A DNA stretch of 64,000 bases, from assembly GCA_046484245.1 (NCBI GenBank), contig JAWOBN010000073.1, positions 1-64,000 of the forward strand, in the 5' to 3' direction. This document shows, piece after piece, positions 50,306 through 58,263 of this stretch (positions are counted from its first letter, which is position 1; every line of letters begins with the position of its first letter). The notes under the pieces were generated by a model. The model did not search any database, had not been told where the DNA came from, and was given only the letters and a program-made list of their open reading frames with translations. This stretch comes from a bacterium (lineage in GTDB: Bacteria > Hydrothermota > 32-111). A program made the position numbers and the translations under genes.

Positions 50306-52402
50306 ATGAAAAGAATACTGCTGATACTGTCTCTTCTAATAATAATTGCAGGATGTGCCAAAAGAGAAGCAGAGGGTTACAATGCGCCTCAAAGTGAACC
50401 GGAAGCTGTAAAAATCAAGACTCAGAGAGCTATTCATGACACTGTTGTGACTGACTATTATAAATGGATGGAGGCAAAAGACGAGAGAACAATTGATTAT
50501 ATTGAGAGGGAGAATGCTTACACAAAAGCCCGTACAGAAGATCTGAGGGAATTGAGAGATAGTCTTTATGATGAAATGCTTTCAAGGATTAAGCAGACAG
50601 ATCTCTCTGTACCTTACAGAATGGGGGATTATCTCTATTACTCCAAGACCCTGGAGGGTAAACAGTACAGTATTTACTGCAGAAGAAGATATCCTGACGG
50701 TAAGGAGGAAATACTGCTTGACAAAAATACAATGGCAGAGGGCAAGATATATTTTTCTGTCGGAGTATTTGAGGTCAGTCCCAGCCAGAACCTTATTGCC
50801 TATGCAGTTGATACCCTGGGAAATGAGAACTATCATCTCATAATAAAGGACATTAATGCCAATGAGATTGAAGATACAGGTATAAACAGAATATCATCTG
50901 TTGAGTGGTCTGCTTCAGACAGTATGTTCTACTATACTGTTGAGAATAATGCAAGAAGACCGTATATTGTCAAAAGGCATATAAGGGGAACGGACCCGGA
51001 GGATGACCGGGTGCTTTTCACTGATGACAATGAAAGGTTCTGGGTATGGCTCTCATCATCAAAGGACAACAGATATGTCTTCTGCGGTTCTTCAAGTAAG
51101 ATTACATCAATTATGGGTTATATTGAGAAATCCGGTTCAGCTGATTCATTTACTTTTCCATATCCGAAGAGAGACAGTGTTGAGTATTATATTAAGCATA
51201 ATAATGGTATCTTTTATATACTGTCAAACAGGAATGCCTATAATTACAGAATTGATGCAGCGCCTGTCGGTTCTCCACAGGATACAACATGCATTGTACC
51301 CGAATCTTCCAATACAACACTGATACGTCTGGAGATGTTCAGTGATTACCTTGTTATCTCTGAGAGAAGAGACGGTTTCCCTGCATTGCGGGTACTCACC
51401 ATCGGCAGTAATGATATGCATTATATTGATTTCCCCGATGATGCATATTCGGTCTGGCTTGAGAACAACAGGTATTTCCCGTCCGATTCATTACGGTATT
51501 CCTATTCATCATATAAAACACCATTCACCATCTTTGATTATAATATGAAGACAAGAGAAAAGAGAATGATTAAACAGCAGGAGGTCACAGGATATGACCC
51601 TGATATTTATGAGACAAAGAGGATTGACATAATTGTGCGTGACGGCGAGAGTGTGCCGCTTACAATAATGTACCGGAAGGACATTGACTTGAGAGGAGAC
51701 AACCCCTTTATCCTTGACGGATATGGTGCATACGGTTCAGCAAGCGACCCGTACTTTTCCTCATTGCGTCTCTCCCTTGTCAACAGGGGAGTAATCATAG
51801 GAACTGCGCATATAAGAGGCGGGGGTGAAAAGGGAAGACAGTGGTATGAAGCAGGTAAATTGCTCAATAAGAAGAACACATTCCATGATTTTATTGATAT
51901 TGCAGAATATATTGTTGACAGCAATTACACATCAACCCGCAAACTCGTTATCAGGGGAGGCAGTGCAGGCGGACTCCTTATGGGTGCAGTTGTCAATATG
52001 AGACCTGAGCTCTTCAGGGGCGCGGTTGCTTCAGTGCCTTTTGTTGATCTCATCAATTCAATGCTCAATCCGGAACTCCCTCTCACAGTACCAGAATATG
52101 AGGAGTGGGGTGATCCTGATGATAAAGAATATTTCAGGTATATGCTCTCATATTCACCCTATGACAATGTCAGGTCTCAGGATTATCCCCATATGCTGAT
52201 AATGGCGGGTATAAATGACAGCCGTGTTGCATACTGGGAAGCCCTTAAATGGACAGCAAAACTCAGGGACTACAATACCTCGTCAAGCGAAATCCTGCTT
52301 AGGATGAATATGGGCAGCGGACACGGGGGGTCATCCGGCAGATATGATTTCTACAGTGATGTTGCTTTTGAATATGCGTGGATAATAGATCTGCTGAAAT
52401 AA
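50306..52402 (+). CDS. ptrB: Oligopeptidase B (S9A) with lipoprotein signal
   Basis: IIAGC lipobox; D.Y.WM, GYGAYG, AHIRGGGE.G, GGSAGG (Ser), NDSRV (Asp), GH (His); AGGAG RBS. Confidence 0.93.
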   Translation: MKRILLILSLLIIIAGCAKREAEGYNAPQSEPEAVKIKTQRAIHDTVVTDYYKWMEAKDERTIDYIERENAYTKARTEDLRELRDSLYDEMLSRIKQTDLSVPYRMGDYLYYSKTLEGKQYSIYCRRRYPDGKEEILLDKNTMAEGKIYFSVGVFEVSPSQNLIAYAVDTLGNENYHLIIKDINANEIEDTGINRISSVEWSASDSMFYYTVENNARRPYIVKRHIRGTDPEDDRVLFTDDNERFWVWLSSSKDNRYVFCGSSSKITSIMGYIEKSGSADSFTFPYPKRDSVEYYIKHNNGIFYILSNRNAYNYRIDAAPVGSPQDTTCIVPESSNTTLIRLEMFSDYLVISERRDGFPALRVLTIGSNDMHYIDFPDDAYSVWLENNRYFPSDSLRYSYSSYKTPFTIFDYNMKTREKRMIKQQEVTGYDPDIYETKRIDIIVRDGESVPLTIMYRKDIDLRGDNPFILDGYGAYGSASDPYFSSLRLSLVNRGVIIGTAHIRGGGEKGRQWYEAGKLLNKKNTFHDFIDIAEYIVDSNYTSTRKLVIRGGSAGGLLMGAVVNMRPELFRGAVASVPFVDLINSMLNPELPLTVPEYEEWGDPDDKEYFRYMLSYSPYDNVRSQDYPHMLIMAGINDSRVAYWEALKWTAKLRDYNTSSSEILLRMNMGSGHGGSSGRYDFYSDVAFEYAWIIDLLK

Positions 52403-52405
52403 AAA

Positions 52406-52433
52406 AAGAGGGGTGCTTGCAAGCACCCCTCTT
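52406..52433. terminator. Bidirectional intrinsic terminator (perfect 28-bp palindrome)
   Basis: AAGAGGGGTGCTTG|CAAGCACCCCTCTT between convergent genes; A-tract on the left. Confidence 0.85.
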
Positions 52434-52457
52434 ATAATTCATCTGTTCAAAGTATTA

Positions 52458-52676
52458 TTACTTCTTACACTTGAATTTTTTCTTTCTCATAACAGAGCCG
52501 TCTTTTTTATAAGTCACGAGTGTTGCCTCGTGTTTCTCTGCAAGATCCTTTGCAAAGTTTACTGCCTCTGCTTTCTTGTCAAAGTTCTTCATTGAACGGC
52601 CGCGTTTGGATGTTGTAACAATCCATTTTTTGTCATCATCACGATGCGGTTGTACATGATAAGTTTTTTTAGCCAT
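52458..52676 (-). CDS. DUF2188 family small protein
   Basis: YHV.P....W.V...F..K.EA...AK.LA....L.....DG pattern; AAGGAGG RBS. Confidence 0.85.
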   Translation of the reverse strand: MAKKTYHVQPHRDDDKKWIVTTSKRGRSMKNFDKKAEAVNFAKDLAEKHEATLVTYKKDGSVMRKKKFKCKK

Positions 52677-52781
52677 AAAGCCTCCTTAAAGAATTTATGT
52701 TACAGAAAAAATAAATAGTACGATGTTATATATGGTGACACTGATCTCTTCTCCGAAAGTTTTCCCTTCAATCATATTTTT

Positions 52782-52809
52782 ATTTTACACATAATCAGAT
52801 ATTTTTCAA
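52782..52809 (-). promoter_or_regulatory. Sigma70-like promoter TTGAAA-N16-TAAAAT
   Basis: Minus-strand reading; implies a leader of about 100 nt. Confidence 0.6.
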
Positions 52810-52840
52810 CCACTAATTTGAGTAATATGACAAAACATCA

Positions 52841-54337
52841 TTATTCAATTAAAGTGAGTTTCTCACAAAATCCACTTTGCGCATCATTGATAAAATAGAT
52901 GCCTGCAGGGAGACTGAGTTCTTTTGTGATGTCTCTTTCTCCTGAGACACTGCCGTCAAATATATGAGTCACCTTTCTGCCCTTTATATCATAGAGATTG
53001 ATATTATAGTAATGATTTGAACTACTTATTGACAGAGAGAGTCTGTTGTCAGTGATAACATTATTCATAATGATTTTATTACGGGTGTTTTTGCTCTCAT
53101 CAATGCCCAGCACACCTGTCTCCCAGAACTCCATTAAGCTCAGTGTATTGGGCACAATGTCAGAGGGCTGCTGGTTGATTACAAAAGCAATGGTCACAAT
53201 AGTGGAATCACCGTAATCAAGATCAAAGGGACCGGAAGACACAATGAACCTCTTGTCACCTGCTCTGGTGGAGTCCTCTGCTGTTCCCGGATATCCGGAC
53301 GGCTTGTTCCCCCAGTCATTCTGTAATGGGAATGGTTTATATGACTCTTCGGGGTTACTGGGATCAAATGTTAAATAGTCATAACCCGCATGCACTTGAT
53401 ACCTCTCTTCGTCTGTTGGCGGGTCTGTAGCAAGTGTCAAATATCTGTAGGATGTCATTCCGAGTTCACTGAATGGAGCAATATAAAAACTGCCATCATG
53501 ATACAGATCAACCAATTGCTCAGTAATGGGTGTTTCAAGCATGACAAGAGAGATAATGCGCGGCTCATGCACCCAGGTTGTCTCTGGCTCCAGCTGGAAT
53601 TGATATGCAGTATTGAGCTGCATCAGTGTATCTGACGCGCCCATGTAATCAACTGTCATTGTGTCAATGAATCCAGCCAGATCATTGGTATAGTCGCCAA
53701 TATCTGCGTCAACAGAAAAGGCATAGTAGCAGTTGTATAAATCTAGGGAATCCTCATTCTCATTCTTTATCACATGCCTTATGAATACAACATTATTCAG
53801 AAGACCTGTTGTCCACTGATATGTCCACTGTTTGACTGTTATTCCCATAGGCAGGGTCTCAGCTGTAAAATGCTGGCCAGGATCCTTATCCGAGAAGAAG
53901 CAATATGTGTCATAACCGGAGAATGTGGAGTCAAACCATACTGTGCTGTCTGCTTTCATTGGCGGCCAGTCATCAGCTGAATTATACACCCTCTCCAGTT
54001 CATTGTCATACTCAGGTGCGTCACTGCCGTCACCGGGGCAGAATTCACTTGAACCTCCACCGGGTTTATATCCTGTTGAAACGAGTGTATCACAATATAC
54101 AAAAAATGTATCCATCAGTCCCGCAAACCATATCCCGCTGCCGTAAATATAATTTTCCTCAGGATAACCGCTGGGCCAGTAGCCGCCGTCATTACCTGTA
54201 GTTACGTCGTGGCCGATTATACCGTAATTTGATACTGTTATATTGAGATTATTGTAATCAGACCATATCATATCCCACTTGGCAAAGATACCTGTAAACA
54301 GTAAAAGTGCAGAAATAAAAACCAAAATCCTCTTCAT
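52841..54337 (-). CDS. Secreted protein with T9SS-type C-terminal sorting domain
   Basis: Signal peptide; NN....VSNYG, WP.G...YIY..GIW, DADIG, GD.R...SSGPF.L..GD; C-terminal LYDIKGRKV...LPAGIYF...KL. Confidence 0.85.
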   Translation of the reverse strand: MKRILVFISALLLFTGIFAKWDMIWSDYNNLNITVSNYGIIGHDVTTGNDGGYWPSGYPEENYIYGSGIWFAGLMDTFFVYCDTLVSTGYKPGGGSSEFCPGDGSDAPEYDNELERVYNSADDWPPMKADSTVWFDSTFSGYDTYCFFSDKDPGQHFTAETLPMGITVKQWTYQWTTGLLNNVVFIRHVIKNENEDSLDLYNCYYAFSVDADIGDYTNDLAGFIDTMTVDYMGASDTLMQLNTAYQFQLEPETTWVHEPRIISLVMLETPITEQLVDLYHDGSFYIAPFSELGMTSYRYLTLATDPPTDEERYQVHAGYDYLTFDPSNPEESYKPFPLQNDWGNKPSGYPGTAEDSTRAGDKRFIVSSGPFDLDYGDSTIVTIAFVINQQPSDIVPNTLSLMEFWETGVLGIDESKNTRNKIIMNNVITDNRLSLSISSSNHYYNINLYDIKGRKVTHIFDGSVSGERDITKELSLPAGIYFINDAQSGFCEKLTLIE

Positions 54338-54359
54338 TTGTCCTCCTTATATTAAATTA

Positions 54360-54387
54360 ATTATACGGATTGATGAAAATTTATCAA
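54360..54387 (-). promoter_or_regulatory. Sigma70-like promoter TTGATA-N16-TATAAT
   Basis: Minus-strand reading upstream of 54337. Confidence 0.65.
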
Positions 54388-54523
54388 CATAAAATAACTA
54401 TATGTAATTCCCCAAAAAAAATGTCCCCTTAAATTACTATTAAAAAATGTCCCTTTTTGAGAAAAAGGATATCCCATCACCACACAATATATACGGATAA
54501 TGCACTAAGTATCACAATAAATG

Positions 54524-54546
54524 GTAGGGGTTCAACAATTTGAACC
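54524..54546 (+). repeat. GTAG-type REP-like hairpin (degenerate)
   Basis: GTAG-G-GGTTCAA-caat-TTGAACC. Confidence 0.55.
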
Positions 54547-54688
54547 TGATCCAAATTTCCCGACGCATCACGCAAAACGCAGTTCGCACAACGATAATGG
54601 ACGGAGGGTTAAGATACAAATGGATTCTATGCGAAACTGCACAAAACCCTCTGCAACCTCAGTTAAAACTTAAATTACATACTATTCT

Positions 54689-54848
54689 CTCCAAATCCCA
54701 GGGACAGCCCTTTACATTATTTACGTTTGACAAAATAAACGGAATATAAATGCTGCAATAAATAAATTTAGAAAATATGGTATTGTAAGTTCAGAAATAA
54801 TTAAATATAATTGTAAACGATGTAAAGGGCTGTCCCCGGGATTTGGAG
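54689..54848. mobile_element. REPIN-like doublet, same family as 44823-44978
   Basis: 54689-54724 and 54813-54848 inverted, 33/36; core-to-core span 156 bp with 108-bp spacer. Confidence 0.75.
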
Positions 54849-55011
54849 GTTTGTTTTGACAAAATGAGGTGAAGAGGCAGATGGAAGTATCCGCATATAC
54901 TGCAAACCGAATGACAGAAAGGTGTAATAAAGTCAAAGAGGCAGGCACGCGATAGCTATCTGTATGACTCAGGGGACATTTTATGAGGGTTAATATATTA
55001 TTAAAATGGTA

Positions 55012-55039
55012 TTGAAATAATTTACTAAATCAATATAAT
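55012..55039 (+). promoter_or_regulatory. Promoter TTGAAA-N16-TATAAT, 6 nt before ATG (leaderless)
   Basis: Direct reading; no SD before ATG 55046. Confidence 0.7.
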
Positions 55040-55045
55040 GTATCT

Positions 55046-57505
55046 ATGGGAGACAAAGAAGTAAAGGGAGTTGTTGATCCTCTCTACAGGGATGACCTGT
55101 CAGAATTGTATAATAAGAGATTCTACCGCAATATAGGTAAATTCATTCAGGCAGAGCAGATTATATTTTCCATATTTGACATTGATGATTTCAAGTATGT
55201 CAATGATGTCTATGGCCATCATACAGGTGACAGAATCATAGGACAGGTGGGCAGAACAGTATCTATGATGCTTGAGAAGAGTGAATTGGGTATCCGCTTC
55301 GGCGGGGATGAATTCATTATTATATTTACACAGTCAAATCTTGGAAAGGCACTGGAAAAACTGGAGGCAATAAGGAACAGTATAAAGAACAATCTGCTGG
55401 AAATTGAGAGCAGAATGCCTGATATAACATGTTCATTCGGTGTTGCATCAGGCGCATTGAGGGAAATTGATCAATTGATGAAGAAAGCTGACAGGGCACT
55501 GTATGGAGCAAAAGCCTCAGGCAAGGATAATATAACAGTTTTCCGGAATAATATGCAAGAGAAGAGATATATGCCTGTTGATATTGAGCGCAAAGTGAAG
55601 AATGAAATGGCAGGCAGCAGGAATGTCATTGTAAAGGGCGGATTTTCAACAGGCAAGACATTCCTTATCCAGAATCTGAAGAATAATTTCAGGAATTATC
55701 ATTATTACAATCTGGACCTTCACTATCCCGGTACATTGGAACAGCCGTTTCTCATTACAATTAATCCTGCTGCTTTATATAAAGACAAGGTGAAGAATTT
55801 GCTGCTCAAATCAATATATGAGGATTTCAAACCTGCTGAATTCCGTCTGTCAAATTTTGACAAGTCATCAGTGATTGAATTATTCAATATGTATGAAAAG
55901 GAATCCACACTGTTCAGTGTCAATTTTGTTGACCTTGTCACTTCGGGTAATCCTGGAGTTCTTAAGAGAATATTTGCTGCTGATTCCCTATTTGATCTGT
56001 CACCTGTATTCAATGATAATATATCAGTCATTCTTTCCATGATGGACAGTGAGATAATTGAGTTTCTCAATGATGTGCACTGTCTCGGATTGAGATTTAC
56101 GCAGAAGGAAGCTGAAAGCAAGGGGCTCAGTCAAAAAGTCAAATTCCTTACAGACCTCATGCTCCTTTCCCGCAGGAACAATTCCTACTCTTATACATAT
56201 ACACCGGTCTATTTTAATAATAATAATGTCAGTGCGGCAGATAAGGCAGGCAATGATTACGGATACATATTCAAAACAGCGGAAAAACTCAACAATGTAA
56301 TAAATAATTCAGACAGGGAGAATGCTGAGCTTGCTGAATTCCTCATTGATTACGGTGATCTGCATTATGGTGAATATGTCCTGAAGAGAATACCGATGAA
56401 GAGCGACAAGATTGTAAAACTCAATGTCTGCCTGATGATGGAGAAGCATTCACTCCCGGAGGCATATAATCTCCTGAAGAATATAGATTCAGACAAGACA
56501 CGGGAGGAATTGAAACTGCGTCTTGACGCAAAATCAGGCAAGGACATAGTAATTGAAAACCCCCGGACACCGATTGAGAAACTGCTCTGCCTCTATCAGG
56601 CAATCAAGCATAATGAGCAAGAAGAGGTCAGAAGAATACTTGAGATCATTGATGCAGATGAACTTGATGATTCACAGAAGAATTCCTACTATCATATTCT
56701 CTGCGGACATATGACAGCAACCCATCAGTTTGACAGGGCAATGGACTGTCTCAACAAGGCATCGCGTATAAGCAGGGATAATCATTTTATTGCATCATAC
56801 GGAAAGATTCTGATGAACAAGGGGCTTATCTATCTTGCAGTTAACAGGCCCCAGCGTGCACTGAATTATCTGAAGCGCTCACTCAATATAATCCGGCTGA
56901 CCGGTTTTGCGGACAGTCTTATCAGTGTGAAATTCAATATTGCTGTAATATATACAGGTCTGGGGAATTTCAACAAGGCACTTCAGATATATTCTGAAAT
57001 GCTCACCAATGAGATACTTGCCGGTAATTTCTACTACAGGGCTATTATACTGCACAATATGGCGGAAATACACCTCCGTTCCTGGGATATGGAAGAGGCG
57101 CGCAGGCTCTCCATGAGGGCAGAGGAGCTTATGGATGAATGCGGCAGGCAGATACCTGTATCAATGAAGATTCAGAAATCAAAGATTGCAGCAATTGTGT
57201 CAGGTAATTATAATAAACTTGATAAAGATGATAATACTGATATAATTGACAAGGTTGATATTGATATACTGGAATTATTAAGCAGGAGCAATGAGATTTC
57301 AGACAGCAGCATTAAGAAGTTCTTTGCAGGATTGAGAGAGAAACATAATTATGATGAATTGCCCGAGCAATTTGTATTTGCTGCTCTTGCATTGAAAGAG
57401 AGGAAAAATATCAAACACTATCTGCTCAAAGAAGCATTGGAGCTGACAGGGAAAAAATCTTATCTGAGAAGCAGTCAGATCAGGAAAATAATGGAGGAAA
57501 AATGA
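55046..57505 (+). CDS. Diguanylate cyclase (GGDEF) fused to a degenerate P-loop NTPase and TPR region
   Basis: [48 protein letters not shown]; Walker [15 protein letters not shown]-terminal TPRs (N.G..Y...A..Y, NIA.IY..LG.F..AL..Y). Confidence 0.85.
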   Translation: MGDKEVKGVVDPLYRDDLSELYNKRFYRNIGKFIQAEQIIFSIFDIDDFKYVNDVYGHHTGDRIIGQVGRTVSMMLEKSELGIRFGGDEFIIIFTQSNLGKALEKLEAIRNSIKNNLLEIESRMPDITCSFGVASGALREIDQLMKKADRALYGAKASGKDNITVFRNNMQEKRYMPVDIERKVKNEMAGSRNVIVKGGFSTGKTFLIQNLKNNFRNYHYYNLDLHYPGTLEQPFLITINPAALYKDKVKNLLLKSIYEDFKPAEFRLSNFDKSSVIELFNMYEKESTLFSVNFVDLVTSGNPGVLKRIFAADSLFDLSPVFNDNISVILSMMDSEIIEFLNDVHCLGLRFTQKEAESKGLSQKVKFLTDLMLLSRRNNSYSYTYTPVYFNNNNVSAADKAGNDYGYIFKTAEKLNNVINNSDRENAELAEFLIDYGDLHYGEYVLKRIPMKSDKIVKLNVCLMMEKHSLPEAYNLLKNIDSDKTREELKLRLDAKSGKDIVIENPRTPIEKLLCLYQAIKHNEQEEVRRILEIIDADELDDSQKNSYYHILCGHMTATHQFDRAMDCLNKASRISRDNHFIASYGKILMNKGLIYLAVNRPQRALNYLKRSLNIIRLTGFADSLISVKFNIAVIYTGLGNFNKALQIYSEMLTNEILAGNFYYRAIILHNMAEIHLRSWDMEEARRLSMRAEELMDECGRQIPVSMKIQKSKIAAIVSGNYNKLDKDDNTDIIDKVDIDILELLSRSNEISDSSIKKFFAGLREKHNYDELPEQFVFAALALKERKNIKHYLLKEALELTGKKSYLRSSQIRKIMEEK

Positions 57506-58032
57506 AAATCAATTCAACGACAATACTGGGTGTAAGGAAAGACGGCAAGACAGCAATCGGAGGCGACGGGCAGGTAACACTGGACAAGACTGTTATCAAG
57601 CACTCTGCAAATAAGATAAGACGCCTCTACAATGACAAGGTGCTGGCGGGTTTTGCCGGGTCTGTGGCAGATGCAATAACCCTGTTTGACAAATTTGAGA
57701 AATATATTGAAAAGGACAAGGGCGATCTCCTCAGGGCATCCATTGACCTGACCAAGGAGTGGAGGCAGGATAAATTCCTCAGGCGTCTTGAGGCAATGCT
57801 GATTGTAATGGACAGTGAACATTCTCTCATAATCTCAGGTAATGGTGATGTCATTGAACCGGATGACGGTGTTGTATCCATTGGTTCAGGCAGCCCCTAT
57901 GCATATGCTGCTTCACGCGCACTCATTAAGCACTCAGAACTCACTGCAGAGGATATTGTAAAGGAATCCCTCTCAATTGTTGCCGATATATGCATTTATA
58001 CAAACAACAGGATTATACTGGAAACACTCTGA
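57502..58032 (+). CDS. hslV: ATP-dependent protease peptidase subunit HslV
   Basis: [51 protein letters not shown]. Confidence 0.98.
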   Translation: MKINSTTILGVRKDGKTAIGGDGQVTLDKTVIKHSANKIRRLYNDKVLAGFAGSVADAITLFDKFEKYIEKDKGDLLRASIDLTKEWRQDKFLRRLEAMLIVMDSEHSLIISGNGDVIEPDDGVVSIGSGSPYAYAASRALIKHSELTAEDIVKESLSIVADICIYTNNRIILETL

Positions 58033-58209
58033 CACAGGATTGTCTCTGATAAAGATGTATTGGCAGATACGCTTCAAGCCGGACCTGCGCGCAGTATTTT
58101 ACCCTATGATATTGAAAAAAAATATTGACTGCTCAATTTTCATATATTCCGGATATTTCAAGTCAGACATGGGTATTCGGCTTTAGAATTTACAGTATAT
58201 ACGATTAAC

Positions 58210-58237
58210 TTGATTAAAGGCAAATAATAATTATAAT
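58210..58237 (+). promoter_or_regulatory. Sigma70-like promoter TTGATT-N16-TATAAT upstream of hslU
   Basis: Direct reading. Confidence 0.65.
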
Positions 58238-58263
58238 AAATAAATATTTATAATGGAGTAATA

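Larger units (their letters stand above)
54418..54982. repeat. 12-bp inverted repeat enclosing the repeat-rich spacer
   Basis: AAAATGTCCCCT at 54418-54429 vs AGGGGACATTTT at 54971-54982; partial extra copy at 54444-54454. Confidence 0.55.

Noticed and set aside
52700..52775. c-di-GMP-I/II or fluoride riboswitch upstream of the DUF2188 gene
   Set aside because: The diagnostic conserved words are absent; kept only as an unassigned leader.
54727..54754. TTGACA inside the 156-bp element as an invertible promoter
   Set aside because: No TANNNT lies at 16-18 bp spacing, and the hexamer is not conserved in the 44823-44978 copy.
54540..54948. ORFs 54540-54749(+) and 54721-54948(-)
   Set aside because: They run through the palindromic element, use weak starts and show no transposase (HUH or DDE) motifs.
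57977..58186. 69-aa ORF bridging hslV and hslU
   Set aside because: It overlaps hslV out of frame, has no RBS and no recognisable domain; it cannot be fully excluded.
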